Notes under the pieces: generated by a model
What the model was told of the DNA's origin: nothing
What the model saw: only the letters and a program-made list of their open reading frames with translations
Database searches by the model: none
Assembly (NCBI GenBank): GCA_000432915.1
Contig: HF995233.1
Span: 100,637 to 164,636 of the forward strand
Reading direction: 5' to 3'
Length of the DNA: 64,000 nt
From: Firmicutes bacterium CAG:194
GTDB lineage: Bacteria; Bacillota; Clostridia; Lachnospirales; Lachnospiraceae
In this document: in pieces, positions 1 through 10,784 of the stretch
How positions within the stretch are numbered: position 1 is the stretch's first letter
How the letters are laid out: each line of letters begins with the position of its first letter
Program-made: the position numbers and the translations under genes

Positions 1-825
1 CATTATTCCAAAAAAATCACGGAACAGCAAAAACAGATTCTTTGGCAAATGCTCGATAAGATCATGCCAATGTTATTTGGCAATCTGGCGGTCTTTCTGG
101 ACCGCTATGGCCTGATCGTCCGGACAAATGCCGTGCTTGCAGAGGAAACGATACTGTTTCAGGAGCTGCATGATCTGTTCCATAAAGCCTCCAAGGTATT
201 GCAGACCGCAGATAAGCGAACTGTTTATTCCTGTATCTACAGAGAAGCGGATCTGTTTGAACAGGCGATCCGTAATCAGTATGATCTGGAGGATACAGAG
301 ATTATCACCGATCAGGCAAAAATCGCTGCCAAAATACAGGAAAGCATGGGACTTACGATCAGACTGTATGAAGATAAACAGCTTTCTCTGTTTGCCCTGT
401 ATGGACTGAAAGGGCAGATTGAAAACGCACTCAGCAGACGTGTATGGCTGAAAAGCGGCGGTTATCTGATCATCGATCCGACAGAAGCACTGACGGTCAT
501 CGATGTCAATACAGGCAAAGCCCCCGGCAAAAAGAAAGAACGGGAAGCTTTTTATTTTCAGACAAATAAAGAAGCTGCCATAGAAGCTGCCAGACAGCTC
601 CGTGTGCGTAATATTTCAGGTATGATACTCATTGATTTTATCAATATGGAAAGCAAAGCCGATCAGGAAACGCTGCTTACCCTATTAAAAGAGCAGCTTC
701 GGAAGGATCCGATCCAAACCGTTTTTGTCGATCTGACAAAGCTTGGTCTTATAGAGATTACCCGCAAGAAAACAGCGGCCTCTCTGGCAGAAAAACTTGG
801 GCGCAGCAGAAAGGAAACTCTATAA
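1..825 (+). CDS. rng: Ribonuclease E/G family (RNase G-like). Only the C-terminal part is present; the 5' end lies upstream of the window.
   Basis: The reading frame is open from nt 1. The catalytic-region motif GGYLIIDPTEALTVIDVNTGK is present. Its position upstream of rplU-prp-rpmA is typical of Clostridia. Confidence 0.75.
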   Translation, partial: HYSKKITEQQKQILWQMLDKIMPMLFGNLAVFLDRYGLIVRTNAVLAEETILFQELHDLFHKASKVLQTADKRTVYSCIYREADLFEQAIRNQYDLEDTEIITDQAKIAAKIQESMGLTIRLYEDKQLSLFALYGLKGQIENALSRRVWLKSGGYLIIDPTEALTVIDVNTGKAPGKKKEREAFYFQTNKEAAIEAARQLRVRNISGMILIDFINMESKADQETLLTLLKEQLRKDPIQTVFVDLTKLGLIEITRKKTAASLAEKLGRSRKETL

Positions 826-1376
826 TGAAACTTCTTTCACTGAAAAAGGTACATGATGGCCGATATCTGAAAAATTATGAGCTGACCTATGAAAATAAGG
901 CAGGCAGGAACAAGGTCTACGAGATTGTCAGCCGGAAAGAACTGCATGACACGGCAGATCTTGGCAGAAGTACAAGCGGTGTATCGATCATTGCCTTTCA
1001 GGGCGATAAATTGCTCCTGTTAAAGGAATTCCGTATGGGAATCAACAAATCTGTCTATAATCTCTGTGCGGGCATGCTCAATGAAGGCGAATCCATGGAA
1101 GACTGTATCCGGCGTGAGCTTTATGAAGAAACAGGTCTTTCCGTTAAAAAAATCGTGCAGATCCTTCCGCCATCCTATTCCGCAGTTGCAATATCGGATG
1201 TCAAGACAAATATCGCGATCGTGGAAGCAGAAGGTGAGATCACAGGCGGACATACTTCCGCTAATGAACAGATCCAGGCTGCCTTTTATACAAAGACGCA
1301 GCTTCGGGAAATGCTGCAGACAGAGGAATTTTCTTCCAGAAGCCAGCTTGCCGCGTATTTCTTTGTAAATAAATAA
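825..1376 (+). CDS. NUDIX hydrolase
   Basis: A Nudix box is present (GMLNEGESMEDCIRRELYEETGL), and the start overlaps the rng stop. Confidence 0.7.
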   Translation: MKLLSLKKVHDGRYLKNYELTYENKAGRNKVYEIVSRKELHDTADLGRSTSGVSIIAFQGDKLLLLKEFRMGINKSVYNLCAGMLNEGESMEDCIRRELYEETGLSVKKIVQILPPSYSAVAISDVKTNIAIVEAEGEITGGHTSANEQIQAAFYTKTQLREMLQTEEFSSRSQLAAYFFVNK

Positions 1377-1383
1377 AAAAAGC

Positions 1384-1493
1384 TTGACGCATCAGTCTGC
1401 GAATGCTATTATAATATGCGTATGCCGCATAGCGGGGTAAAAGTATGCCTATGCATCACCGAAGCTAGCGAGTAAATTTACAGGAGGTGTCCT
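1384..1493 (+). promoter_or_regulatory. Putative sigma-A promoter (TTGACG-17-TATAAT) plus a structured leader upstream of rplU, a candidate L21 autoregulatory leader.
   Basis: TTGACG lies at about 1384 and TATAAT at about 1410. Small hairpins (atgccgcatagcgg and others) precede the AGGAGG RBS of rplU. Confidence 0.35.
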
Positions 1494-1799
1494 ATGTACG
1501 CAATTATTGCAACAGGTGGAAAACAGTACAAAGTATCTGAAGGCGATGAAATTTTCGTAGAAAAGCTCGACGCAGAAGAAGGAAGTGCTGTTACATTTGA
1601 TCAGGTTCTTGCAGTAAGTGATAACGCTTTAAAGGTTGGCGCTGATGTTGCATCTGCTTCTGTTTCCGGTACAGTCGTTAAACAGGGTAAAGGCAAAAAA
1701 GTCATCGTTTACAAGTACAAAAGAAAAACAGGTTATCACAAGAAGAACGGTCATAGACAAGCATACACTAAGGTTAAGATTGAAAAGATCAACGCTTAA
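1494..1799 (+). CDS. rplU: 50S ribosomal protein L21
   Basis: N-terminus [18 protein letters not shown]. Confidence 0.95.
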   Translation: MYAIIATGGKQYKVSEGDEIFVEKLDAEEGSAVTFDQVLAVSDNALKVGADVASASVSGTVVKQGKGKKVIVYKYKRKTGYHKKNGHRQAYTKVKIEKINA

Positions 1800-1815
1800 T
1801 TGATGCAGGTTAGAT

Positions 1816-2142
1816 ATGACAACAGTTACCATATACCAGACCAAAAACGGAATATACAAAGGGTTTGAATTAAGCGGACACGCCGGCTATGCAAAGAACG
1901 GAGCAGATATCGTCTGTGCTGCAATTTCTATGCTGACAACAAATACGATTAATTCGATCGAGACCTTTACCGATGATTTCTTTTCCTATGAGGAAAATGA
2001 AGAAACCGGATATATGAAGCTCATGCTTGATGAAAATGCTTCTGACAAGTCACAGCTTCTGATCAGTTCCATGGTTCTCGGTTTATCACAACTGGAAAAA
2101 AGTTACAGAAAATATGTACGATTAAAAAACAAGGAGGTGTAA
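1816..2142 (+). CDS. prp: Ribosomal-processing cysteine protease Prp (YsxB)
   Basis: It sits between rplU and rpmA, and has the GHAGYAKNGADIVCAAIS motif. Confidence 0.85.
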   Translation: MTTVTIYQTKNGIYKGFELSGHAGYAKNGADIVCAAISMLTTNTINSIETFTDDFFSYEENEETGYMKLMLDENASDKSQLLISSMVLGLSQLEKSYRKYVRLKNKEV

Positions 2143-2145
2143 CTC

Positions 2146-2430
2146 ATGTTAAACTTAAACCTTCAATTCTTCGCTCATAAAAAGGGAGTAGGTTCTACTA
2201 AGAACGGTCGTGACTCTGAGTCTAAGAGATTAGGTGCTAAGAGAGCAGACGGACAGTTTGTAAAGGCTGGAAATATTTTATACAGACAGCGTGGTACTAA
2301 GATCCATCCGGGTGTTAATGTCGGACTTGGTGGAGATGATACATTATACGCATTAGTAGACGGTGTTGTTAGATTCGAAAGAAAAGGAAGAGATAAAAAA
2401 CAGGCTTCCGTTTATCCGGTAGAAGACTAA
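2146..2430 (+). CDS. rpmA: 50S ribosomal protein L27, with the N-terminal propeptide that Prp cleaves
   Basis: [24 protein letters not shown]. Confidence 0.95.
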   Translation: MLNLNLQFFAHKKGVGSTKNGRDSESKRLGAKRADGQFVKAGNILYRQRGTKIHPGVNVGLGGDDTLYALVDGVVRFERKGRDKKQASVYPVED

Positions 2431-2436
2431 TTACGA

Positions 2437-2478
2437 AATTGCGTGGAGCCTCAAACTAACGTTTGAGGCTCTTTGTTG
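2437..2478 (+). terminator. Intrinsic terminator after rpmA
   Basis: Hairpin GAGCCTCAAAC-taa-GTTTGAGGCTC followed by TTTGTTGTT. Confidence 0.7.
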
Positions 2479-2497
2479 TTGAATGTGAAAATTTTGA

Positions 2498-3817
<1,320 letters not shown>

Positions 3818-3830
3818 TGAGGAGCTACAG

Positions 3831-4121
3831 ATGACAAGCAAACAAAGAGCATATTTAAAAGGACTTGCCATGAATCTGGAACCGATCTTCCAGATTGGAA
3901 AATCAAGTCTGACACCGGAAGTAACGGAAGCGATCGGAGAAGCATTTAACACAAAAGAACTGATCAAGATCACCGTTCTGAAAAACTGTATGGATGATCC
4001 GAATGAGATCGCACGTATGCTTGCAGAACGAACACATGCACAGGTTGTACAGGTGATCGGCAAGAAGATCGTTCTGTATAAAGAATCAAAGGAGCATAAG
4101 AAAATTGAGCTGCCAAAATAA
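3831..4121 (+). CDS. yhbY: YhbY/CRS1 (CRM domain) RNA-binding protein
   Basis: MTSKQRAYLKGLAMNLEPIFQIGKSSLT. A GAGGAG RBS precedes the ATG at 3831. Confidence 0.8.
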   Translation: MTSKQRAYLKGLAMNLEPIFQIGKSSLTPEVTEAIGEAFNTKELIKITVLKNCMDDPNEIARMLAERTHAQVVQVIGKKIVLYKESKEHKKIELPK

Positions 4122-4740
4122 AAAAGTGGGTATTATGGGTGGGACTTTTGATCCAATCCATTATGGGCATCTGATACTCGCCCAAAATGCACTGGATACC
4201 TTTTCTCTGGATGAGATTTTGTTTGTTCCGAGCGGAACACCATGGCTGAAGGAGTCTACAAAGGTATTATCCAAAAACAAGCGTGTTTCCATGACGGGCA
4301 TGGCAATCGAGGATAATCCTGATTTTGCATTATCTACCATCGAGATTGACCGGGAGGGAAATTCCTATTCCTACGAAACGGTGGAAGAACTTAAAAGAAT
4401 GCAGCCAAAGACAGATTTTTATTTTATCATGGGAGCTGATTCTCTTCTGGAAATTGAACGCTGGAAGCACCCTGACCGTCTGATGACAGAATGCACATTA
4501 CTTGTTGCAGTGCGGGATGATTGCGACAGAGAAGGACTTGAAAAGCAAATTATTTATCTGACAGACAAATATCAGGCAGATATCAAAATCCTGCCTGCAA
4601 ACAGAATAGATATTTCTTCTACGAAAATCCGTCGGATGATCCGGGAAGGGAAATCTGTCCGCTATATGCTGCCTGATCAGGTCATCCGTTTTATACAGAA
4701 GAATCATTTATACCGGCAGGAAACCTCATCTGAAAAATAA
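4105..4740 (+). CDS. nadD: Nicotinate-nucleotide adenylyltransferase
   Basis: GIMGGTFDPIHYGHL motif. The start is TTG at 4105 with an AAAGGAG RBS 9 nt upstream, and it overlaps the yhbY stop. Confidence 0.88.
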   Translation: MSCQNKKVGIMGGTFDPIHYGHLILAQNALDTFSLDEILFVPSGTPWLKESTKVLSKNKRVSMTGMAIEDNPDFALSTIEIDREGNSYSYETVEELKRMQPKTDFYFIMGADSLLEIERWKHPDRLMTECTLLVAVRDDCDREGLEKQIIYLTDKYQADIKILPANRIDISSTKIRRMIREGKSVRYMLPDQVIRFIQKNHLYRQETSSEK

Positions 4741-5387
4741 TGTATGAAGAACAAACAACAAAGGATACAATATATATGAGTACATTTCAGAAGATCAGCA
4801 AAGATTTAAAGAACAGACTGGATAAAAAGCGATATACCCATACACTTTCCGTGGCTGATACCGCAGCCTGTATGGCAATGCGCTTTGATGAGGATCCTTA
4901 CAGGGCTTATCTGGCAGGACTTCTTCACGATAATGCAAAATGTATCGAGGATAAAAAGAAACTGGCTCTATGCGGGAAATATAAGCTTGAAATAAATACA
5001 GCAGAACAGAAAAATCCCGATCTGTTGCATGCCAAGCTGGGCAGTTTTCTGGCAAAAGAAAGATATCAGGTAGAAGATCCGGAGATTCTTTCCTCTATTC
5101 TGTATCACACGACAGGCAAACCTGCCATGACAACGCTGGAACAGATTATTTATATTGCTGATTACATTGAGATCAACCGGAAAAAGCTGCCGGACATGGA
5201 AGTGACCAGAAAACTGGCTTTTACAGATCTTGATGCCTGTATGCTTCATATTCTGGAAAGCACCCTTGCATTTTTAGAAAAAAAAGGCGCAGCGATCGAT
5301 CAGATCACAATGGAAACATACACGTATTATAAAGAACGTGTGCAGCATGATAACGAAGCACAAAAAGGAGATACCCATGACGAATAG
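4740..5387 (+). CDS. yqeK: HD-domain bis(5'-nucleosyl)-tetraphosphatase YqeK. An alternative start at 4776 (MSTFQK) is possible.
   Basis: HTLSVADTAA...LLHDNAKC HD motif, in the conserved nadD-yqeK-rsfS order. Confidence 0.8.
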   Translation: MYEEQTTKDTIYMSTFQKISKDLKNRLDKKRYTHTLSVADTAACMAMRFDEDPYRAYLAGLLHDNAKCIEDKKKLALCGKYKLEINTAEQKNPDLLHAKLGSFLAKERYQVEDPEILSSILYHTTGKPAMTTLEQIIYIADYIEINRKKLPDMEVTRKLAFTDLDACMLHILESTLAFLEKKGAAIDQITMETYTYYKERVQHDNEAQKGDTHDE

Positions 5388-5745
5388 TATATCAAAGAAA
5401 ATGGCGCTTGCAGCGATCGACGCACTGGAAGATAAAAAAGCAGAAGATATCCGTGTGATCGATATCAGCGAAGTTTCCCCGTTAGCCGATTATTTTATCA
5501 TCGCAAACGGAACAAACCGCAATCAGGTACAGGCACTTGCTGACAATGTGGAAGAACTTTTAGGCAGACTCGGATATGAAAGAAGACCAATTGAGGGCTA
5601 TGACAGTGCAAACTGGATTCTGCTTGACTTTAAAGATATTATTATCCATGTTTTTGATAAGGAAAGCAGAAGCTTTTATGATCTGGAACGCATCTGGAGA
5701 GATGGAAAAGAAGTTACGGAAGAAGACTTAAAGAGCGCAGAATAA
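5377..5745 (+). CDS. rsfS: Ribosome silencing factor RsfS
   Basis: ADYFIIANGTNRNQVQALADNV. AAAGGAG RBS upstream, with the start at 5377. Confidence 0.9.
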   Translation: MTNSISKKMALAAIDALEDKKAEDIRVIDISEVSPLADYFIIANGTNRNQVQALADNVEELLGRLGYERRPIEGYDSANWILLDFKDIIIHVFDKESRSFYDLERIWRDGKEVTEEDLKSAE

Positions 5746-5751
5746 TATGAA

Positions 5752-5792
5752 ATCCCGGCAGTATATGAACTGTCGGGATTTTTATGCACGAT
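5752..5792. terminator. Bidirectional hairpin terminator between rsfS and lexA
   Basis: AAATCCCGGCAG-tatatgaa-CTGTCGGGATTTTT. Confidence 0.6.
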
Positions 5793-5825
5793 AATATATT
5801 TGATGTTGGGATCATATATTCTTTA

Positions 5826-6443
5826 TTAGCGATATAACCGGAATACACCGAATACTTTACCAAGAATATCACAATCATCTACAATGATCGGATCCATGGT
5901 ATCATTTTCCGGCTGCAGACGGACATGTCCCTGTTCTTTATAAAATGTCTTAACCGTTGCGGAATCATCCACAAGTGCAACGACCATATCTCCGTTTCTG
6001 GCTACATTGGTACGCTCTACAAAGATCTGATCCCCACTGAAGATACCTGCATTGATCATACTGTCGCCCTTTACCTTTAAAATAAAAGTCTCTGCATTTG
6101 GCACCATATCGACCGGAACCGGAAAATATCCTTCTATATTCTCTGCAGCAAGTATAGGCTGACCGGCAGCAACAGTGCCAATAATCGGAATGCTTGTCAT
6201 TTCATTTCTGACAAGCTGAAAGCTGTCATCGCAGATCTCAATCGCACGCGGCTTAGTCGGATCACGGCGGATATAACCGTTCTTCTCGAGCGTTTCCAGA
6301 TGCGCATGCACGGAAGAAGTGGATTTCAGATGCACTGCCTCGCAGATTTCACGAACAGCCGGCGGATAACCTTTCTCTAAAATCTGTTCCTTTATATATT
6401 CCAAAATTTCTGACTGTTTCTTACTGATCTTTCCGTTAGCCAT
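5826..6443 (-). CDS. lexA: LexA repressor (SOS regulator)
   Basis: N-terminal wHTH ([26 protein letters not shown]), the VAAGQP cleavage site and the S24 peptidase domain. Confidence 0.95.
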   Translation of the reverse strand: MANGKISKKQSEILEYIKEQILEKGYPPAVREICEAVHLKSTSSVHAHLETLEKNGYIRRDPTKPRAIEICDDSFQLVRNEMTSIPIIGTVAAGQPILAAENIEGYFPVPVDMVPNAETFILKVKGDSMINAGIFSGDQIFVERTNVARNGDMVVALVDDSATVKTFYKEQGHVRLQPENDTMDPIIVDDCDILGKVFGVFRLYR

Positions 6444-6554
6444 ATTCTATATCCTCCCTGTTCTCATTCACGGACATCAAAGTTGGGGCTTTTGACCCCG
6501 GCATCATTTAAATTAAGTATAACAGATATCTGTTGCAAAAGCAAACGTATATTC

Positions 6555-6568
6555 CGAAAATTTGTTCG
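6555..6568. promoter_or_regulatory. Putative LexA (Cheo-type) operator, CGAAAATTTGTTCG (one mismatch)
   Basis: GAAc-N4-GTTC palindrome about 110 nt upstream of the lexA ATG. Confidence 0.4.
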
Positions 6569-6576
6569 TTTTTTGC

Positions 6577-6603
6577 TTGACACCAGAATGCCTGTTCGGT
6601 ATA
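6577..6603 (+). promoter_or_regulatory. Putative sigma-A promoter, TTGACA-17-TATAAT, for the yneA-like gene
   Basis: TTGACA at 6577-6582 and TATAAT at 6598-6603. Confidence 0.5.
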
Positions 6604-6614
6604 ATGCAGGTATA

Positions 6615-6628
6615 AGAACGAGTGTTCG
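6615..6628. promoter_or_regulatory. LexA (Cheo box) operator, AGAACGAGTGTTCG
   Basis: A perfect GAAC-N4-GTTC immediately downstream of the -10 of the yneA-like promoter. Confidence 0.6.
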
Positions 6629-6662
6629 TATCGTACGTTCGATAAATCGGAGGATAGCAAGT

Positions 6663-7100
6663 ATGGAAACAACAGGAAGAGAACTACAGATCATGCATTT
6701 TATACAGCCGGAGGATTCTATGAAGAGAATACCTGCTCGCATTAAGAATAGAAGAGCAGCACAGCGCCGCAGACAGGTCATGCGGATGAAATGCCTGATC
6801 AGAAACAGCATTTTCACACTTTGTGCAGTCATTCTCCTTGCTGTATCCATTAATGCGATCAGCGCACAGGCTACCACAAAGGAAGAAGCTCTGACACATA
6901 CCTATAAATATTATAAAAGCATAGAGATTTCCAAAGGAGACAGCTTATGGACGATCGCAGCAGTTTATACAGACGGCTCTGCAGCAGCCATACAGGATTG
7001 TGTAAAAGAAATGCGTTCGATCAATTCCTTAAAAAATGACACGATTAAAGCCGGAGACCGGATCATCGTGCCATATTATTCCAATGAATTTATCAAGTAA
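6663..7100 (+). CDS. yneA: SOS-induced cell-division inhibitor YneA-like protein (one TM segment plus a C-terminal LysM). An alternative start at 6720 is possible.
   Basis: Divergent from lexA with Cheo boxes in the shared region. TM segment IFTLCAVILLAVSINAI, then a LysM-like stretch YKSIEISKGDSLWTIAAVY...IKAGDRIIVPYY. Confidence 0.6.
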   Translation: METTGRELQIMHFIQPEDSMKRIPARIKNRRAAQRRRQVMRMKCLIRNSIFTLCAVILLAVSINAISAQATTKEEALTHTYKYYKSIEISKGDSLWTIAAVYTDGSAAAIQDCVKEMRSINSLKNDTIKAGDRIIVPYYSNEFIK

Positions 7101-7105
7101 TTATG

Positions 7106-8155
7106 TTAAGGCTCCCTGAGTTTTACTGCCTTTGCCGCCCGTCTGCGGTTTTCTTCCTGCTGGGCAGCATAGTGCTTCCTCGTTGTATTGACATCCTTAT
7201 GACCGAGTACATCTGCCACCAGATAGATATCACCTGTTTCACGGTACAGATTCGTACCATAGGTACTGCGCAGCTTATGTGGTGTGATCTTTTTTAAAGA
7301 GGTTACTTTTGAGGCATATTTCTTGACCAGCTTTTCTACAGCACGGACGCTGATCCGCTTATTCTGCATGGATAGAAACAGTGCATCTTCATGCCCCGTA
7401 GCAGCTGCCTTATGGGTGCGTTCATCCCAGTAGTCGAGGAGCGCATCCTCTACCTCTTCTCCAAAATATACAACCGCTTCATAACCGCCTTTTCGCACGA
7501 TCCGGATCCCTCCGTTTTTGAAATCTACATCATTCAGATTCAGCCCTACGCATTCCGAAACACGGATTCCCGTACCAAGCAGAAGAGTAAGAAGTGCCAG
7601 ATCCCTTGTTTTGGTAACTCTGTGATACCTTTTTTCTGTCTCGGTCAGTTCTTCCCCGTTTTCCACCAGCTCTAAGAGCGTAGCAACTTCATCGGGATCT
7701 AACCGGATAATTTCTTTTTCATGCAGCTTAGGCATAGGAACAAGTGCTGCCACATCCTTTTCGATCAGTTCGCTTGTATAGAAATAGTGATACATACTAC
7801 GCAGACTTGCCAGCTTTCTGGACTTTCCGCGTTCATCATTGCGATATTCTTTGTCATCCTTATAATATAACTCCAGATAATCCAGATATTCCTCGATATC
7901 CTCCCTGCCAAGCTGATCGAGCAGGCTGAGCGGATACTCTTGAATCGGCGTTCTTCTCAGGGCATTGTTATTTTGCTGGATAAATTCAAAAAAGATACGA
8001 AGATCCAGTGCATAGCCCAATCTTGTCCGTGTGGAAGTCGTATTTTCAATCCCGCGGAAAAACTGCTTGCAGAACTTCGGAAGCTCCTGCAGGACTGCCC
8101 GCATCTTTTCGATATTTTCTTTATTCACCTGATCATGATAACTGTGTTCGCTCAT
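7106..8155 (-). CDS. Tyrosine site-specific recombinase (XerC/XerD / phage integrase family)
   Basis: C-terminal catalytic R-H-R-Y region: HKLRSTYGTNL...LGHKDVNTTRKHY. Confidence 0.8.
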   Translation of the reverse strand: MSEHSYHDQVNKENIEKMRAVLQELPKFCKQFFRGIENTTSTRTRLGYALDLRIFFEFIQQNNNALRRTPIQEYPLSLLDQLGREDIEEYLDYLELYYKDDKEYRNDERGKSRKLASLRSMYHYFYTSELIEKDVAALVPMPKLHEKEIIRLDPDEVATLLELVENGEELTETEKRYHRVTKTRDLALLTLLLGTGIRVSECVGLNLNDVDFKNGGIRIVRKGGYEAVVYFGEEVEDALLDYWDERTHKAAATGHEDALFLSMQNKRISVRAVEKLVKKYASKVTSLKKITPHKLRSTYGTNLYRETGDIYLVADVLGHKDVNTTRKHYAAQQEENRRRAAKAVKLREP

Positions 8156-8271
8156 ATTTAACCTTCATAGTTATGTTTTGCTTTTCTTCCTTTACTATTT
8201 TAATAGGAGAAAAATAGTTTGTAAAGTCTGCTTTACATTGCCCATAAAATACCTTATGCTACTTTAGATCA

Positions 8272-9006
8272 TCATTTCGGCATAAACGTGCCTTTCTGCC
8301 AGCCTTCTATATTTCCATTTTCTATGGCAGAAAATAACCGTTCCTTTACCCCTTTGTTTTCGCGGATCAACTGCTTCAACAGCTGATCCGCGTACTCTCT
8401 TTTGGTACTTCCGTCTACCGGGCATGGACTTTTGGCTACCGGCAGATTATATTTATGCACAAAGCCGATCACATCTGCTTCATCCACATAAATAAGCGGC
8501 CGGATCACGGTCAACTGTACACGATCCAAATATGTTTTCGGTAAAAATGACGTAAATTTCCCTTCAAACAGGAGAGAAAGCAGCATCGTATCAATGACAT
8601 CATCCTTATGGTGCGCATAAGCCACCTTATTGCAGCCCAAACGCTTCATTTCATCATTCAAAGCACCTTTCCGCAGCTTTGCGCATAGTGAGCACGGATT
8701 GGATTCCTTGCGCGTCTGGAACACAATTTCAGCGATCTGTGTTTTGATGATCGTATAAGGCACCTGCAGTTTCTCACAAAAAGCCTTTATCTGTGTCAGA
8801 TCCAGATTTTCAAAGCCAAGATCCACCGTAACCGCATATATTTCAAAATGCTTTGGATAAAATTTACTTAACATTTGCAGCGCATATAAAAGTGTCAACG
8901 AATCCTTGCCGCCGGATATTCCGACCGCAATTCTGTCGCCTTCCTCGATCATATCATATGTATCTATTGCCTGCCTTGTCAGGCTTAATAAGCGTTGTAA
9001 TTTCAT
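8272..9006 (-). CDS. ttcA: PP-loop ATPase, TtcA-like tRNA 2-thiocytidine synthetase
   Basis: SGGKDS PP-loop, a CSLC motif and a C-terminal Cys. Start chosen at MKLQRLL, 6 nt after GGGAGG. Confidence 0.6.
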   Translation of the reverse strand: MKLQRLLSLTRQAIDTYDMIEEGDRIAVGISGGKDSLTLLYALQMLSKFYPKHFEIYAVTVDLGFENLDLTQIKAFCEKLQVPYTIIKTQIAEIVFQTRKESNPCSLCAKLRKGALNDEMKRLGCNKVAYAHHKDDVIDTMLLSLLFEGKFTSFLPKTYLDRVQLTVIRPLIYVDEADVIGFVHKYNLPVAKSPCPVDGSTKREYADQLLKQLIRENKGVKERLFSAIENGNIEGWQKGTFMPK

Positions 9007-9264
9007 AAACATCCTCCCGGCAGATATTTCTTCGTCAACATTGTAGCACGAATTTAGCAATCACTCCTAAACTATTTTGTAAAAGTGAGTTTGTTGTAAA
9101 ATTTCTTGTATCTGCTGAAAATTAAATTGTACTTGCTTAATCCCCTGTAATATGAAATACTGATATTGATAAAAAAGAACCCTTTATAACAGATATTTAT
9201 TATGTATACGAATAACAAAAAATTTATTGAATATTTCATAGGAATTAGCAGGAGGTAACCATAC

Positions 9265-10320
9265 ATGAACGTACAGCATTCTATCCATATTCCATCTTTT
9301 TTAAAGGTCTATGACAATGCACTGGATGATCTTGGCTCCATTTTACAAAATCAGGGCATCAACCGTGTTGTCTTATATTTTGGAAATGATCTGATCGAGA
9401 TGTTTGGTTCCAAAGTGATGAATTCTTTGAAAGATGCACAGGTAGATGTTCTCGAATATAAAGAAATCGACACCATTGCCTTAAATGATATTACGCAGAT
9501 GGCATTTTCTATATCCCCAAAGGCGCAGGCAGTGATCGGTATCGGCGGCGGTAAAGTTATCGATGCCGCAAAATATATGGGATTTTTAAAAAAATTACCG
9601 TTTATCAGCATTCCTACCTCTACATCCAGTGATGGTTTTGCAAGCTCCAGTGCTTCTTTAAAGATAGAAGAGAGAAGAGTATCTGTTCCTGCAAGACTCG
9701 CCTATGGCATAGTTGTCGATACGCAGATCATCAAAACCGCACCTGTGAAGTTTATCTATTCCGGAATCGGCGATATGATCTCGAAGATCACATCTATTTA
9801 CGACTGGCAATATGAAGAAAAATGCGGATTTACAAAGGTGGATGATTTTGCCATGATGATTGCTAAAAAAGCCGTTAACAGCTTTGTCAGAACACCTTAT
9901 CAGGATATCCATGAAAATCTGTTCTTAAAAGAACTCGTGGATTCCCTTGCCATGAGTGGAATTGCCAATGAAATTGCCGGAAGCAGCGCACCTGTATCCG
10001 GTAGCGAACATCTGATTTCCCATGCACTTGACAAGCTGCTTGAACATCCGCAGCTCCATGGGGTCCAGGTTGGTATTGCAACCTATATTATGAGCAAGGT
10101 ACAGGATCATCGTTATGTGCGTGTGGAAACTGTTTTAAATGATACGGGATTCTTTGACTATGTGGCAACACTTGATATGAAAAAACAGGATTTTTTAGAT
10201 GCCATCGATCTGGCACCAACACTGAAAAACAGACATACCTATTTACATGAACAGAAATATCGGGATATGGCAAAAGATCTCGTCAAAAACGATGCCAGAC
10301 TGCAGACGATCCTGCATTAA
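9265..10320 (+). CDS. Iron-containing alcohol dehydrogenase family; glycerol-1-phosphate dehydrogenase (AraM/EgsA)-like
   Basis: GIGGGKVIDAAKY nucleotide-binding motif and a length of 351 aa. AGGAGG RBS. Confidence 0.5.
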   Translation: MNVQHSIHIPSFLKVYDNALDDLGSILQNQGINRVVLYFGNDLIEMFGSKVMNSLKDAQVDVLEYKEIDTIALNDITQMAFSISPKAQAVIGIGGGKVIDAAKYMGFLKKLPFISIPTSTSSDGFASSSASLKIEERRVSVPARLAYGIVVDTQIIKTAPVKFIYSGIGDMISKITSIYDWQYEEKCGFTKVDDFAMMIAKKAVNSFVRTPYQDIHENLFLKELVDSLAMSGIANEIAGSSAPVSGSEHLISHALDKLLEHPQLHGVQVGIATYIMSKVQDHRYVRVETVLNDTGFFDYVATLDMKKQDFLDAIDLAPTLKNRHTYLHEQKYRDMAKDLVKNDARLQTILH

Positions 10321-10488
10321 GGAACACTGGATACGATCCAGTAAATTACAAGCTGCCAGCTGTAGATAGAGCCAATTTGCAGCCGCAACTATTCGATAAA
10401 CTATTCTTTTGCGAATAGTTCTATTTACCTCAATACACACTCTCTTATGCGTCAAGCTGCTATATTTTATCAACGGAGGGACTTATTT

Positions 10489-10713
10489 ATGACTGCAGAT
10501 ACATTTGCAATTTTATGTACAATTGCACCTTTTGCAATACTTCTCATTGGTGTTACCCATCCAGGGCTCCCAAAAAAACACCTTCGGAAAAAATTTACCA
10601 TAATTCGAAACAGTTCTGTAAAATCAAAGCACAAAAAGCGAGTTAAAAAATCTGCCAAACCAAAATATAAATTAAAAGATCTGAATAATGTTGATCTGAC
10701 AAAGGCTATGTAG
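10489..10713 (+). CDS. Small putative membrane protein (TM helix plus a lysine-rich tail)
   Basis: GGAGGG RBS 9 nt upstream of the ATG. Hairpins flank it at about 10381-10416 and 10741-10769. Confidence 0.25.
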   Translation: MTADTFAILCTIAPFAILLIGVTHPGLPKKHLRKKFTIIRNSSVKSKHKKRVKKSAKPKYKLKDLNNVDLTKAM

Positions 10714-10784
10714 ACGCATGTTGGGAAGAACTTTCGTCAAAGAAATAAGCTCTGCTATACACAGAGCTTATTCTCTTACCTTAT

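Noticed and set aside
6464-6877. 137-aa minus-strand ORF across the lexA/yneA intergenic region
   Set aside because: It overlaps the promoter and operator region and the yneA-like gene, and has no RBS.
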